Shown: positions 1 through 11,935, counted from the first letter of the stretch. The stretch: 64,000 bases of DNA from Desulfatiglandales bacterium (GCA_963666345.1 OY762721.1:2624001-2688000); one strand, 5' to 3'. The notes: a model not told the origin generated them from the sequence alone. Numbers and translations: made by a program.

Positions 1-2871
1 GATAAGACTTTTCCAACTAACGATTGTGCCATGTGAATTATCTCACCCAAACTGGTCGAGGTCGGCCGGCATTTAAATATAGACATTATCACCAACTCCG
101 AAGTCGAATCGCTTGAGGGAGAACCCGGAAACTTCAGGGCGACACTGATCAACCAGCCACGATACATTGATCCTGATGTTTGCACAGGTTGCGGCCAGTG
201 CGCTCAGGCCTGTCCGGTTGACGGGGTCAACGACTATGACTGCGGGCTGGATCTCAAGGCAGCTACCTCCATAAAGTATGCCCAGGCTATCCCTCTTGCC
301 TATTCCATAGACAGGGATCTGTGCGTGGGCTGCGGTTTGTGCGAGAAGGTCTGTCTTGCTCAGGCCATCCGCTATGATGACAAGCCCAGGAAAAGGGAAC
401 TTGACATAGGGGCGGTAATACTGGCCCTGGGCAATGAGGTTTTTGACCCCGGAGTTCAGGATACCTACGGTTACGGCAAGTCGCCCAATGTGGTTACAAG
501 CATGGAGTTTGAGCGGATTCTCAGCGCTTCAGGCCCGTTTATGGGTCATTTGATGCGGCCTTATGATCGTGAGGAACCGAAGAAAATAGCATGGCTTCAG
601 TGTGTCGGTTCCCGCGACACGCATGAATGCAGCAATGCATACTGCTCTGCGGTTTGCTGCATGTATGCGATCAAGGAGGCGGTCATAGCCATGGAACATG
701 CCAGGGGCGACCTTGAGTCCAGTATTTTTTTCATGGACATGAGGACCTATGGCAAGGATTTCGAGAGTTATTACGATCGAGCCAGGGAAGAACATGGGGT
801 AAGGTTTATCAGGTCCCGTGTGCATACCGTGGAGCCGGTCGAGGATGAAAACCTCAGGATCAGATACATGGATGAGGGCGGGGAGCAGAAAAGCGAAATA
901 TTCGATCTCGTGGTTCTCTCCGTGGGATTTCAGGTCGGCCGGGAGTCGATAGAGCTTGCCGAACGTCTGGGGATAGAGCTCAACAAGTACAATTTTTTAA
1001 AAACCGACAGCTTCAGCCCGGTGGCGACATCAAGGGAAGGCATATATGTCTGCGGCTCGCTTCAGGGACCCAAGGACATACCTCAATCTGTGATGGAGGC
1101 ATCAGCGGCCGCTGCGGCCTCGGAAGCCATGCTGAGCGAGAGCAGATGGAGCAAAACCCAGGTTCAGGAAATGCCGCCGCAGAAAAATGTGATAGGCGAG
1201 TCTCCCCGTATCGGAGTGTTTGTGTGCCAGTGCGGCATCAATATAGCGGGTGTGGTTGATGTGCCTGCGGTGCGGGATTACGCAGCCAGCCTACCATATG
1301 TAACCTATGTGGAAGACAATATGTATACCTGTTCACAGGATACCCAGGTCAAGATGGCCGAGGTCATAAAAGAGCAGGGTATAAACCGGGTGGTCGTGGC
1401 GGCCTGCACACCCAAGACGCATGAGCCGCTGTTTCAGGAAACCTTGATGAGTGCGGGGCTTAACCGCTATCTCTTCGAGATGACCAATATCAGAAATCAG
1501 GATTCCTGGGTCCATGGAAACGACCCTGTGGCGGCAACCGAAAAGGCCAAAGACCTTGTCCGTATGGCGGTGGCAAAGGCGGCGCTCCTTGAGCCGCTTC
1601 CCGACACGGAGCTTGAGCTTAATCCTGTGACTCTGGTCATAGGCGGCGGTGTGTCAGGCATGGTCTGCGCCGGAAACCTCGCAGACCAGGGCTATGAGGT
1701 CCATCTTGTGGAACGCTCCGGGGAACTGGGTGGTCAGGCCAACCTGCTCAATAAGACCTGGAAAGGGGAGGACATACAGGATTATCTGAAAGACCTAATT
1801 GATAATATTTCTTCCAGGCCGAATATACATGTCCACCTGTCGACGGAGCTGGTTGATGTAGAGGGGTTTGTCGGAAATTTCAGATCCGGACTCAAAAAAG
1901 AGGGACAGGAGGCGTTTGAACTTGAATACGGTGTTGCGGTAATCGCCACCGGGGGAAAAGAATATAAGCCTGATGAGTACCTGTACGGGAAGGATCCCAG
2001 GGTAATGACCCACCTGGAACTGGACAAAAGATTAGTTGAAGATGACCCCGGTCTGAAAGAGGTCAGATCAGCCGCCTTTATTCAGTGTGTAGGTTCCAGG
2101 GAGCCTGACAGACCCTACTGCAGCAGGGTCTGCTGTACCCACACCATGAAAAGCGCCCTTGAACTAAAACGCAGGGAGCCTGACAGGGATGTATATGTCT
2201 TCTACAGGGACATGAGGACCTATGGCGAAAGGGAGGATCTGTTCAGAGAGGCAAGGGAAGCGGGAGTCATCTTTTTCCGTTATGATCTGGACGGCAAACC
2301 TGATGTGACCGCGGGTGAAGATTCTCTGGAAATAGGAGTTCATGACCCGATACTTGACAGGCGTGTAATAGTAAAGGCTGATCTTTTAACACTTGCCACC
2401 GCTATCCTCCCTAACGAGGAGGATCAACTGGCGACATTCTTCAAGGTTCCTGTAAATGATGACGGCTTTTTCATAGAGGCGCATGCCAAACTGAGGCCTG
2501 TTGACTTTGCCACGGAAGGTGTGTTTTTATGCGGCCTGAGCCATTATCCAAAGCCGATCGATGAGAGTATCGCTCAGGCACTGGCAGCGGCTTCCAGGGC
2601 GGCAGGGCTTATTTCGACCGGCAAGGTCTATGCGGCCGGTACTGTCGCGTACGTGAATCCCATGGTATGCAGCAGTTGCGGGGTGTGCGTTGAAATCTGC
2701 CCCTATTCCGCTCCTTCCTTTGTGGAGGAGGGACGTTTTGCGGGAAGGGCACAGATAAATCCTGTGCTGTGCAAGGGGTGCGGGCTGTGCGTTGCATCCT
2801 GCAGGTCAGGGGCTATCAGTCTCAAGGGGTTTGACCAGGAACAGATCATGGCCATGATCGAAGAGATATAA
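1..2871 (+). CDS. hdrA: Large HdrA-type heterodisulfide reductase flavoprotein, selenocysteine-containing; 5' end outside the window
   Basis: Frame 1 reads from base 1 DKTFPTNDCAM-(TGA 34-36)-IISPKLVEVGRH...CTGCGQCAQAC...CVGCGLCEKVC into the 325..2871 ORF. Two QCVGSR...YCSxVCC motifs, RIGVFVCQCG, GGGVSG FAD motif, C-terminal 2x[4Fe-4S]. Confidence 0.93.
52..69 (+). promoter_or_regulatory. Candidate bacterial SECIS hairpin for hdrA
   Basis: CTGGTCG-AGGT-CGGCCGG stem-loop (with G-U pairs) starting 15 nt after the TGA at 34-36. Confidence 0.65.
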
Positions 2872-3024
2872 TTATTAAAGGAAGTAAAAAAAAATGTTGA
2901 ATGGCTAAAACAAATATGGTTATTTGTTACGCAATTTGATATATGCAATTTGATTTATATTTGATGAATATGCGATTCGCCTAAACCATTTAACAAAATT
3001 ATTAATCAGATCCGGGAGATAAGA

Positions 3025-3456
3025 ATGGATAACTGGGAGCCTAAGATAACAAGTTTTCTTTGCAACTGGTGCAGTTACGGAGCTGCGGATCTTGCAGGGG
3101 TGAGTCGGTTTCAGTACCCCCCCAATTTCAGGATAATAAGGGTTCCCTGCTCCGGCAGGGTCAGTCCCAAATTTATCCTCGCGGCTTTCAGGCATGGCTC
3201 TGACGGGGTATGGGTGTCCGGGTGACACCCCGGCGACTGCCATTACCTGGAAGGTAATTATTATGCGAGAAGGAAATTCGCTCTTTTAAAGGGGCTGCTC
3301 GAACATGTCGGAATAGAGCCCGGCAGGCTGCATTTTTCCTGGATATCCTCTGCTGAGGCTACCAAATTTGTGGAGGTGGCCAAGGAGGTGGCGTCTGCCG
3401 TGAAGGAGCTTGGACCTGCAAAGTATCTAATCAAGAACAAGGCAGAGGTTGCGTGA
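3025..3456 (+). CDS. mvhD: MvhD/FlxD-type [2Fe-2S] subunit, selenocysteine at TGA 3223-3225 (143 aa)
   Basis: [22 protein letters not shown]-(TGA)[21 protein letters not shown]. The frame continues to TGA 3454-3456, which overlaps the next ATG. Confidence 0.93.
3242..3258 (+). promoter_or_regulatory. Candidate bacterial SECIS hairpin for mvhD
   Basis: Perfect ATTACCT-GGA-AGGTAAT hairpin starting 16 nt after the in-frame TGA. Confidence 0.7.
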
Positions 3457-4406
3457 TGCAAGGCTACACAGAGAAGATAAGGGAGACGGCAGAGAGGCTT
3501 TTGAAAGACGGTGTGGTGGAAGGTTTCATCGGGTACAGGAAAGGAACCGTTCCGATGATGAACGAACCTGTCCTCATAAAGGATGCTGATAAGGCCAAGG
3601 ATCTTCATTGGGACAGTTTCTGTGCGCTTAACCTGTGTAACTATCTGACCAAGAGGAAGGAAAAGCTTGGTGTGCTGGCTACCGGGTGTAATTCCAGGAA
3701 CATCGCCACCCACATAACCGAAAACCAGATAAGCCGTGAGCAGGTTTACATCGTGGGCGTGCCCTGCAGTGGAATGATAGATCACAGGGCGGTTGCAAGG
3801 GCGTTCAAGGGGAAAGACATCCTTGACGTGGAAGACAGGGGTGAGGAGTTCGTGGTCAGGGGCGAAGGGTTTGAAGAGACCCTGAAAAAGAAGAACTACC
3901 TTCAGACCAACTGCTCGGTGTGTAGGCACAGAAATCCCGTAATCCATGATGAACTTGTCGGAGAACTTGTGGATGAGCAGGTCGATGTCGATGCCTACAA
4001 GGATGTCAAGAAGATCGAAGAAAAGAATCCTGAAGAAAAATGGGATTTCTTTACTCAGCTCATCGGTAAATGCATCCGATGTTATGCCTGCAGAAACGCA
4101 TGCCCGCTTTGCTATTGTCCCACCTGCTTTGTGGATGAATCTAATCCCCAGTGGGTAGGAAAGAGCGTGGATTCGACAGACACGATGACTTTTCACCTGC
4201 TCAGGGCATACCATTGTGCCGGAAGGTGCACCGACTGCGGCGCATGCGAAAGGGCCTGCCCGGTCGGCATCCCTGTGAGGCAGTTTACGAAGAAACTCAA
4301 TAAGGACGCAGAGGAACTGTTTTCCTGGGAGGCGGGTTTGACGACAGACAGCAGGCCGCCTCTGGATGTATATCAACCTGATGATTACGATGAATTTATC
4401 AGGTAA
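3456..4406 (+). CDS. flxC: FlxC-like 4Fe-4S dicluster protein
   Basis: CIRCYACRNACPLCYC and CTDCGACERACP motifs; TGATG coupling to mvhD; position in the hdrA-flx cluster. Confidence 0.75.
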   Translation: MQGYTEKIRETAERLLKDGVVEGFIGYRKGTVPMMNEPVLIKDADKAKDLHWDSFCALNLCNYLTKRKEKLGVLATGCNSRNIATHITENQISREQVYIVGVPCSGMIDHRAVARAFKGKDILDVEDRGEEFVVRGEGFEETLKKKNYLQTNCSVCRHRNPVIHDELVGELVDEQVDVDAYKDVKKIEEKNPEEKWDFFTQLIGKCIRCYACRNACPLCYCPTCFVDESNPQWVGKSVDSTDTMTFHLLRAYHCAGRCTDCGACERACPVGIPVRQFTKKLNKDAEELFSWEAGLTTDSRPPLDVYQPDDYDEFIR

Positions 4407-4444
4407 CAGGTATAAAGAAAATAAGAAGCAAATAGGATAAAAAA

Positions 4445-5482
4445 ATGACCGAAAAGATATACGGCAAGGAAGAGTGGGAGAGCGCTCTCAAGGGATTGAG
4501 CCGGAGTTACAGCCTTTATGTGCCTGTTAAAGAGGGAGACATTCATTTTTTCAGGGAATTCAAAGATGGTGTAAAGACGGCCTTTGATTTCGACAACACA
4601 CGGATGTCCGCCAAAGAGATCGTGTACCCTCAGACCGAGCGCATGTTCGACTACAATATCGATGCCGGCAGAGAGGATTCAAACGTATTAAAGGAGTCGG
4701 AAAAAGACTTTCCTCCCCAGGCTATTGTGGGAATAAGACCATGTGACGCCCATGCCTTTGTTCTGGTAAAAAGGAATTTCGACACCCCGGAGTTTCAGGA
4801 TCCCTGGTGGATCAAACGCTACGAATCCACCACCCTTGTCGGGCTTGGATGCAACGCGCCTTCGGCTACCTGCTTCTGCACGTCCGCAGGCGGTGGACCC
4901 TATAATGAACAGGGCCTGGACGTGATGCTTTACGATCTGGGAGATCGATACCTGGCAAAGGGGCTTACCGAAAAAGGCGAGGCCTTCCTTTCAAAGGCTG
5001 AGGGAGGGAGTGCCGTAACGGAAGCGGACCTGGATGAGGCCGGAAGGCTGGCAAGGGAATCCGAGGCGAAGATTACCCGCAAGGTTCCAACCGACAGGTT
5101 GAAAGAAAAAAAACAGCGTGAACTATTTGATGCCCCTTTCTGGGATGAGGTAGCCTTCGGCTGCATAAACTGCGGAACGTGCACCTTCCTGTGTCCTACC
5201 TGCTGGTGTTTCGACATCCAGGACGAGGTGCAGGGCAAAGAGGGTGTCAGGATGAGAAACTGGGACTCATGCATGTTTCCGCTTTTCACCCTGCACGGCT
5301 CCGGCCACAATCCCAGGGATGAAAAATACCAGAGGGTCAGGCAGAGATTTATGCACAAGCTCAAGTATTATGTGGACAAGTACGAGGACGGCATCCAGTG
5401 TACCGGTTGCGGAAGGTGCGTGAGATATTGCCCGGCCAATATCGATATCAGGCGGGTTTGCGAACTTATGAACAACTATTAG
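4445..5482 (+). CDS. flxB: FlxB/AsrA-like 4Fe-4S protein
   Basis: GIRPCD, CFCTS, CINCGTCTFLCPTCWC, RxWDSC, RFMHK, CTGCGRCVRYCP. Confidence 0.8.
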   Translation: MTEKIYGKEEWESALKGLSRSYSLYVPVKEGDIHFFREFKDGVKTAFDFDNTRMSAKEIVYPQTERMFDYNIDAGREDSNVLKESEKDFPPQAIVGIRPCDAHAFVLVKRNFDTPEFQDPWWIKRYESTTLVGLGCNAPSATCFCTSAGGGPYNEQGLDVMLYDLGDRYLAKGLTEKGEAFLSKAEGGSAVTEADLDEAGRLARESEAKITRKVPTDRLKEKKQRELFDAPFWDEVAFGCINCGTCTFLCPTCWCFDIQDEVQGKEGVRMRNWDSCMFPLFTLHGSGHNPRDEKYQRVRQRFMHKLKYYVDKYEDGIQCTGCGRCVRYCPANIDIRRVCELMNNY

Positions 5483-5563
5483 TTATGATTTGAGATTCGG
5501 GTCTTAAGTTTTAGGTCGACATCTAACGCTTAACACCTGAAACGACGAAAAGGGAGAGCGGCC

Positions 5564-6406
5564 TTGGAGAATCCATATTTGCCTTATCCTGTAAGGATAG
5601 AGGATATCACCACTGAGACAGAGGACAGAAATCTGAAGACATTCAAGTTTGTGTTTTTGGAATCTGGAGATGAGGAAAAATTTTCCTACACGCCCGGCCA
5701 ATTCGCCGAGTTATCGGTGCCCGGCAAAGGAGAGATACCTATCGGCATAGCCTCTTCACCCACTGAAAAGGGGCATGTATCCTTTACCGTCAACCGTGTC
5801 GGCCTTGTTACAACCCATCTTCACAACATGAAAGAGGGTGACGTAATGGGAATCAGGGGGCCTCTGGGCAACTGGTATCCCTGGGAACAGATGGAAGGTA
5901 AGAACGTGGTTATCATAGGCGGGGGATTTGCCTTTACCACCTTGCGTTCCAGCATCATATACATGCTTGACAAGAAAAACCGCGATCGTTTCAAGGATAT
6001 CATCGTGGTTTACGGGGCGAGGAGTCCCGGTATGCTTCTGTACAAGGATGAGCTGACCGAATGGGAAAAGCGTGACGACCTCAAGATGCATATAACCGTT
6101 GACGGCACGGATGATCCGGAATGGAAGTACAATATCGGATTTGTTCCGGCCATTACCGAGCAGAAGGTGACGAGTGCCGAGGATACCATAGCCCTTGTAT
6201 GCGGACCGCCTATAATGATAAAATTCACGCAGCCCGTGCTCGAAAAGCTCGGGTTTCCCCCGGAGAGGATAATCCTGTCCCTTGAAATGCGTATGAAATG
6301 CGGAATAGGCATATGCGGCAGATGCAATATCGGCGATCAGTACGTTTGTAAAGACGGGCCTGTGTTCTCACTGGCTCAGCTGAAACAGATGCCTTCCGAA
6401 TATTGA
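5564..6406 (+). CDS. flxA: FlxA/AsrB-like FAD/NAD-binding [2Fe-2S] subunit (TTG start)
   Basis: PGQF, RGPLGN, IGGG, CGPPIM, EMRMKCGIGICGRC, CKDGPVF. Confidence 0.85.
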   Translation: MENPYLPYPVRIEDITTETEDRNLKTFKFVFLESGDEEKFSYTPGQFAELSVPGKGEIPIGIASSPTEKGHVSFTVNRVGLVTTHLHNMKEGDVMGIRGPLGNWYPWEQMEGKNVVIIGGGFAFTTLRSSIIYMLDKKNRDRFKDIIVVYGARSPGMLLYKDELTEWEKRDDLKMHITVDGTDDPEWKYNIGFVPAITEQKVTSAEDTIALVCGPPIMIKFTQPVLEKLGFPPERIILSLEMRMKCGIGICGRCNIGDQYVCKDGPVFSLAQLKQMPSEY

Positions 6407-6431
6407 TATCCGTTCCTACTGCTGAAATCAC

Positions 6432-6474
6432 ACCCCCGGTGCGCAGGCGTTCTGCCGCACGCGGGGGTTTTTTT
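6432..6474 (+). terminator. Rho-independent terminator after flxA
   Basis: ACCCCCG...CGGGGGT GC-rich stem with inner GTGCG/CGCAC pairing, followed by a T run. Confidence 0.7.
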
Positions 6475-6748
6475 GCCGCCCATGGATAATCCATACTCCG
6501 CACCCCAACCGACACAATGTCAGGGTCGCTCAAACATATTGAGATTTAACGGTATGGGCCGGGGTGGAGTCCGGGGAATTTGTGAGACCGGGTGTGGAAA
6601 TACTGCCTGAAATGAGTTGATAGGGCCGGCCGGTTGGTTTATCATTGCATCGACAGTTGTTGATTATCATTGAGGCGGATACGGATCTTTCAGAAGCTGT
6701 TACAGAGTAGGGCCCCATGGAAAATTATATGGGTTAGGATTATATGAG

Positions 6749-7495
6749 ATGAACGTCAGGCAAAGGATTAAGACCGTTTCTCTTGAACTTGCAGGGGAGA
6801 GGCGTGTCATGGATGTGCGAATAGGGCTGGGTTACACTGCCGTGCTTCTTGATGATGGCCGACTTGGCGTGGCCTATACCTTTCACCGGGATCAGGTCGG
6901 AGGGTGCACTGTTTTTAAGGCAATACGGCCCCTGGCGGGAAGGAAGGCCTTTGAACTGCTCCACCTTTTTGACTCCAAGGATATGGTTGAATCGGCCGTG
7001 GCCCTGGCCACATCAAATGCCCTTTCAAATAGAATGAAGGATGGGCTCGATCAGGGTGATGTCCTTGATAAGCTGGAGATTGTTTCTGACGACAGGGTTG
7101 GCATGGTCGGCTACTTTGCCCCTGTCATACCTCCGCTCAGAAAAAAGACTTCACACATAAGGATATTTGAACAGGACAGTGGGCCAAAGAACGATGTCTT
7201 TTCAGAAGAGGAAGCCTACAGGCAGCTGCCGAATTGCCAGATAGCCCTTTTGACGTCTACCTCAATTATAAACAACACTGTGGACAGGCTTCTTGAAGCT
7301 GCCGCCAATTGCAGGGAGGTGGTAATGCTGGGGGCGTCAACCCCATTGCTCCCGGCGGTTTTTAAAGGCACGTCCGTAAATGTTTTGTCAGGGGTGGTTG
7401 TGACGGATCCTGAAAATATCATGCGGGTGGTGAGCGAAGGAGGGGGAATGAGGTACTTTAAGGGGCATATAAACAAGGTGAATATGCGATTGTAA
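6749..7495 (+). CDS. DUF364/DUF4213 family Rossmann-like protein
   Basis: DVRIGLGYTAV, ALATSNA, VGMVGYF, TSTSIINNT, LGASTP pattern. Confidence 0.75.
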   Translation: MNVRQRIKTVSLELAGERRVMDVRIGLGYTAVLLDDGRLGVAYTFHRDQVGGCTVFKAIRPLAGRKAFELLHLFDSKDMVESAVALATSNALSNRMKDGLDQGDVLDKLEIVSDDRVGMVGYFAPVIPPLRKKTSHIRIFEQDSGPKNDVFSEEEAYRQLPNCQIALLTSTSIINNTVDRLLEAAANCREVVMLGASTPLLPAVFKGTSVNVLSGVVVTDPENIMRVVSEGGGMRYFKGHINKVNMRL

Positions 7496-7511
7496 ACGGG
7501 CAAGAACATAA

Positions 7512-7934
7512 GTGCGAAAGGAAACGGGAATGCCGAAGAGAGGAGCCGTTGAGGATTTTATTGGAAAAGATCTCTTTTTGTGGATCAGCAGGGAATTTAA
7601 TGCGAATACCAAGCTGAAGGAAATACCTGGGGAGATAATCGATAGAATTTCCCTGATAGACATAACATCGAGAGACTATCAAAGCGATCTTAACTGCGTA
7701 ACGGCTATTGCACTTATAACCTTTGCCTATAAAAGGGCGGGCAGGTATCCGGATATTCACGCCGGTCCGAAGGATCTGCTTTTGATGAAGGTGCTGGCAA
7801 AGCAGGAAAGATCAAGGAGAAGGAGCCCGGATCAGGCAGGTCTCTATCCTGCCGAGCAGTCGTTTTGTGAGATATTTACCGGTGAAATAGGATCCCGGAT
7901 AAGATCGATGGGTACAATGAATTGCGCGGTATAA
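7512..7934 (+). CDS. Hypothetical protein
   Basis: 140-aa ORF co-oriented with its neighbours; no recognised motif. Confidence 0.55.
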   Translation: MRKETGMPKRGAVEDFIGKDLFLWISREFNANTKLKEIPGEIIDRISLIDITSRDYQSDLNCVTAIALITFAYKRAGRYPDIHAGPKDLLLMKVLAKQERSRRRSPDQAGLYPAEQSFCEIFTGEIGSRIRSMGTMNCAV

Positions 7935-8020
7935 TCAAATGTTTTTATCACACCAGCGGATTTGCGTGCCTTGAATAATAATTATAGTATCAATATATTC
8001 GAAGGGAGTTTGTAAGGCCG

Positions 8021-8470
8021 ATGAAAGAGAGCCTCATCTGTCCACATTGCGGCAAGGAGGTGGAAAGATATAAGAATCCCTTTCCCACCGTGGATATAAT
8101 AATCGAGATGGAGGGAGGAGGGATTGTGCTGATAAAGAGAAAAAATCCCCCTTTCGGGTGGGCTCTGCCCGGAGGTTTTGTGGACTACGGTGAAAGTCTT
8201 GAGTCCGCGGCCAGAAGAGAGGCCCTTGAAGAGACATCTCTTGAAGTAATGCTTACGTCACAATTGGGAGCCTATTCGGATCCCTCCAGAGATCCAAGAC
8301 AACATACAATCAGTGTTGTTTTTCTGGCAAAGGCCGATGGTGAGCCGAAGGCGGCCGATGATGCCGATGAGGCAGGTATCTTTTTCCGTGATTCTCTTCC
8401 CGGTGATCTGGCATTTGATCATGGCAAAATAATTCAGGAATACTTTGAAAAATGCAATATAGAAGAATAA
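8021..8470 (+). CDS. NUDIX hydrolase
   Basis: Nudix box [25 protein letters not shown]-terminal CPHC. Confidence 0.92.
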   Translation: MKESLICPHCGKEVERYKNPFPTVDIIIEMEGGGIVLIKRKNPPFGWALPGGFVDYGESLESAARREALEETSLEVMLTSQLGAYSDPSRDPRQHTISVVFLAKADGEPKAADDADEAGIFFRDSLPGDLAFDHGKIIQEYFEKCNIEE

Positions 8471-11400
8471 GGAAGCTTTTAATCCCTGCCTTTCTGCTGT
8501 TCCTCCTATTGATAGCCTCTATCCTGTACCTTGAGACGTTAATCCAGGACCCTTCTACTCAACGAATTATCATTAAGAAGCTTTCAAATGCCATCGGTTA
8601 CGATATAAGCACCGGAAAGGTGGAGATTACCTTCCGGGAGGGGATCGCACTCATCGCGCCTGATTTTCTTGCCGAATCAAGGACAGGTTCTGAGAAAATA
8701 GCGGCGTCACGAATAATGCTCAAACTCGATGTGGGTGAACTCCTTCATGGGAGGTTCGTGCCGAAAAAGGTGTCCCTCTCAAGGCCGCGGATTGAGATTG
8801 CCTCAGAGCGGTTTTTCGGGCATCAGGGCGCCCCGGCTGGAGGTGATTTTCAAGAGCACTTCCATGACAGATTTGCCGCATTTCCCACTGTCTCAATTGA
8901 GTCGGGAAGCATAATCGTGCCCGGCCGTTCAATTACGATTGAGAACCTTTACCTTAATACCTTTCAGGGAAAAGGGGAAAAATCGCCTTTCAGGTTCGGC
9001 ATGCACGGCATATTGAGATACATGGGGAGAGACGCGTCCTTTGATGCGAATGGAAAGGTATTCAAGGGAGGCACCCAGGCAGGTGAAAATCTGGAATGTT
9101 CCCTTTCGATAAAAAAAATTCCGATACTCTGGTTCCCGTTGCCGGCGGAGATCCCTGCCCAGGGTGGCAGGGCTGAAACCGTTTTGCAGATCAAGGGAGA
9201 TACCAAGGAGGGGCTTTCAGGTGAAGGCGGGATAACAATAGAGAACTTCAACTTTCTCCTTATGGAAAAAGGACAGCTAAAGGTATTCCTGTTCCCTGAA
9301 TTTAAGGTCAGATTCAAGTCTGCATATAAAGATGGAAAACTGAATATCCCCCTTCTGGAGGTAGAGGGTAATGACTTCAGGCTGGATGCAAACGCGGATA
9401 TCGGCCTGGACAACCTGAAAGATCCTTTGATCGATCTTTCTCTGAAGGCCCCTTTCATGCCTGTTGCCGCTTTTAAGAGGATTTTCCCCACACCTCTTGT
9501 GGGCGGATGGATCGAGGGGGGGCTTTTCCCGGCAATAAAGGAGGGGATGGTTGAAGTTCCCCGTTTTTCTCTCAAAGGGACTGCTTCCGAAATAATGCAC
9601 CTGGGAAGAAAAGAGAATTCGGGTGTGCTCAGAATGGAACTCGCCTGGAAGGAACTGGAGGTTATTGAAGCAAGAGAGACAATCCCATACAGGGATATTT
9701 CCGGCGCGCTAATCGTTGAACATGGAAGACTCCTTGTCTCGGATGTAGTGGGGAAATTCGGCGGTTCGTCAATCAACGATTCCTCATTTGAAATAGGTTC
9801 CCTTTATGAAAAGGAGACTTTTCACCGTTACAGATTCGAGGGTGCTGTGGAGTTGCCGGAATTGAGGGAAAAACTGGAAAGAAATTTTATACCGACAGAT
9901 CTCAGAAATTTTATAGAGGAAATAGATCCGGTGCAGGGCATACTTAAGGGTTCGGTAGAGATAGAAAGCGGGGACTCGGGCAGGGATCTCATCCTTTCGA
10001 AAGGCAAAATGGAATTTTCAGATTGCTCTTTTTTGATTCCAGGAATCGGTCTTCCTCTTAAACTGGATAATGCCGGGGTAAAGATAGATAAAGATGTGGG
10101 ATTGCTTTTCAGCGGCAAAGGCCAGTGGGGTTCTTCCTCCTTCATGGCGAAAGGCTCTTCCGACAGTGCCTTAAGAGATTGGGAAGTGGATTTCGAGGGC
10201 GGGGCATATGTCGGCGAGCTTTATGAGACCTTTTTGCTGGATAAAAAATTACCTCTTAATTTCACCGGGCCTGTTAAATGTTCAGGTTCAGTCAAAAAAC
10301 ATGAGGAATTATGGCAAATTACCGGTGAAATAGACATGAGCAGCACCTCTTTTGACTCCAAATACTTCAGCTTCCGGCCTGCCAAGGGGAGTAAAAATTC
10401 CTTGTTTTCAATAGAGCGGCATCCGGAAAAGGGGCTGGTTCTTAAGAAATTTGATTGCAATGTCGGATCATCAAGTTTCCGGCTTTCAGGTTACCGTGGT
10501 CCTTACAAAGGCGATTCCATTTTTTTGAGCCTTAAGACGGAAGATCTTTCCCTGGAGGACCTTGGGATTCGCTTCAAGGATGACCTGACAGCAGTAAAGG
10601 GAAAAATAGGTGGTCGGGCAAATGCGGTCATCCCTTTTGAAACACCTTCAAATACCTCCATTAACGGAAAAATAGAAGGGGCAGGGATCTATTTTTTGTC
10701 CCCAATGTTGAAATTCCCCATCAGTGATACGGATATTGCTCTTGTTTTTTCAGACAAAAAAGTCCTTGTCAGCAATTGTACAGGGAAATTCAAAGGAATC
10801 CCCTTTGTGTCTTCAGGCTCACTTGAGGGATGGGAAGGTCTTAGCGGGGCCTTGAGTATCGGGTTGTCATATCTCGATTTTGAATGGCTGATAAGGAGCG
10901 GTGAAACAAAGGAGGAAGAAGGAAGGGCCGGAAGCATCAAGCGTTTCCCTGAATATCTGGAGCTGAAGGTAAAAATAGAGGCGGAAAAAGGGGTTTATAA
11001 AAAAATAAGAGGAGGACCTTTCTCTGCCGATTGTTCTATAAAATCGGGAAATATCTATATCGAGCGCGCCAGGTCCGGGCTGGAGCATGGCGAATTGTCA
11101 CTGAGGGGGCATATCAAGTCCGGGGAGCCTTTTGAAAAGCTGTTCGCGGGCTATATAAGCCTTCATGGTCAACCGGTGCAGGAATTTCTGGAGTCTCTGA
11201 ATATAAAAGACACCTATGTCGAGGGAGTTGTCGATATGGAGGGGGTCTTTTATATGAAGGGAAATGATAAGGATGATCTCATAAGAAGTCTTACCGGGAG
11301 CGCCGATGTGTCTGTTGAAAAAGGGGTGATAAAAAAAGATCATATCATGTTCAAGGTCCTCGATTTTTTAAGTCTTCAGAAGGTATTCAAAGACAGGCCG

Positions 11401-11856
11401 GAAGGGATATCAAAGGAGGGGATATATTTCGACAGTATAGGAGGCCGGCTACTGGCTGATAAGGGTTTGGTTGAAAGTGAAAAAATTGTGATGAAAAGCC
11501 CCGTGTTTAATGCCGCGGCAAGCGGTAAAATCGATCTTTCAGAAAACAGGATAGATGTCGATCTCCATATTCAACCCCTTGGATCAGTTGACATCCTGGT
11601 GAGCAAGATCCCGCTCGTTGGATATATCCTGGCAGGAGAAGACAAGACATTTATTGTTTATTATTTTACGGTTGAAGGTCTTTTTTCCGATCCCGAGATA
11701 AAATATGTCCCCCTGTCTGAAACTATAGGAGCGACTACAAAAGGATATTTTGAACGTCTTTTTGAGACCCCGAAAAGGCTCTTTGAAGGTTTTTCCAAAA
11801 TGACGCAAGAGCTTATCAAAAGAGGCGTTCCCATAACAGAGGAATATATCCCCTGA
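8452..11856 (+). CDS. AsmA-like/YhdP-type envelope protein
   Basis: N-terminal TM helix, 1134-aa beta-rich body, AsmA2-like C-terminus ([26 protein letters not shown]). Confidence 0.75.
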   Translation: MQYRRIRKLLIPAFLLFLLLIASILYLETLIQDPSTQRIIIKKLSNAIGYDISTGKVEITFREGIALIAPDFLAESRTGSEKIAASRIMLKLDVGELLHGRFVPKKVSLSRPRIEIASERFFGHQGAPAGGDFQEHFHDRFAAFPTVSIESGSIIVPGRSITIENLYLNTFQGKGEKSPFRFGMHGILRYMGRDASFDANGKVFKGGTQAGENLECSLSIKKIPILWFPLPAEIPAQGGRAETVLQIKGDTKEGLSGEGGITIENFNFLLMEKGQLKVFLFPEFKVRFKSAYKDGKLNIPLLEVEGNDFRLDANADIGLDNLKDPLIDLSLKAPFMPVAAFKRIFPTPLVGGWIEGGLFPAIKEGMVEVPRFSLKGTASEIMHLGRKENSGVLRMELAWKELEVIEARETIPYRDISGALIVEHGRLLVSDVVGKFGGSSINDSSFEIGSLYEKETFHRYRFEGAVELPELREKLERNFIPTDLRNFIEEIDPVQGILKGSVEIESGDSGRDLILSKGKMEFSDCSFLIPGIGLPLKLDNAGVKIDKDVGLLFSGKGQWGSSSFMAKGSSDSALRDWEVDFEGGAYVGELYETFLLDKKLPLNFTGPVKCSGSVKKHEELWQITGEIDMSSTSFDSKYFSFRPAKGSKNSLFSIERHPEKGLVLKKFDCNVGSSSFRLSGYRGPYKGDSIFLSLKTEDLSLEDLGIRFKDDLTAVKGKIGGRANAVIPFETPSNTSINGKIEGAGIYFLSPMLKFPISDTDIALVFSDKKVLVSNCTGKFKGIPFVSSGSLEGWEGLSGALSIGLSYLDFEWLIRSGETKEEEGRAGSIKRFPEYLELKVKIEAEKGVYKKIRGGPFSADCSIKSGNIYIERARSGLEHGELSLRGHIKSGEPFEKLFAGYISLHGQPVQEFLESLNIKDTYVEGVVDMEGVFYMKGNDKDDLIRSLTGSADVSVEKGVIKKDHIMFKVLDFLSLQKVFKDRPEGISKEGIYFDSIGGRLLADKGLVESEKIVMKSPVFNAAASGKIDLSENRIDVDLHIQPLGSVDILVSKIPLVGYILAGEDKTFIVYYFTVEGLFSDPEIKYVPLSETIGATTKGYFERLFETPKRLFEGFSKMTQELIKRGVPITEEYIP

Positions 11857-11906
11857 AACACTGATCGATGGAGACTGCCCGGTAGATCAGGAGAAGAGAG
11901 TGGGGC

Positions 11907-11935
11907 TTGAAAAAAGATTTATCTCATGTTAAAAT
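11907..11935 (+). promoter_or_regulatory. Putative sigma70 promoter upstream of the carboxyltransferase gene
   Basis: TTGAAA-17 nt-TAAAAT with an extended -10 TG. Confidence 0.45.

Noticed and set aside
3261..4376. 371-aa antisense ORF and many other long shadow ORFs (e.g. 8964-9776, 40783-41592, 57805-58482)
   Set aside because: They lie opposite well-supported genes and carry no motifs; expected from codon bias.
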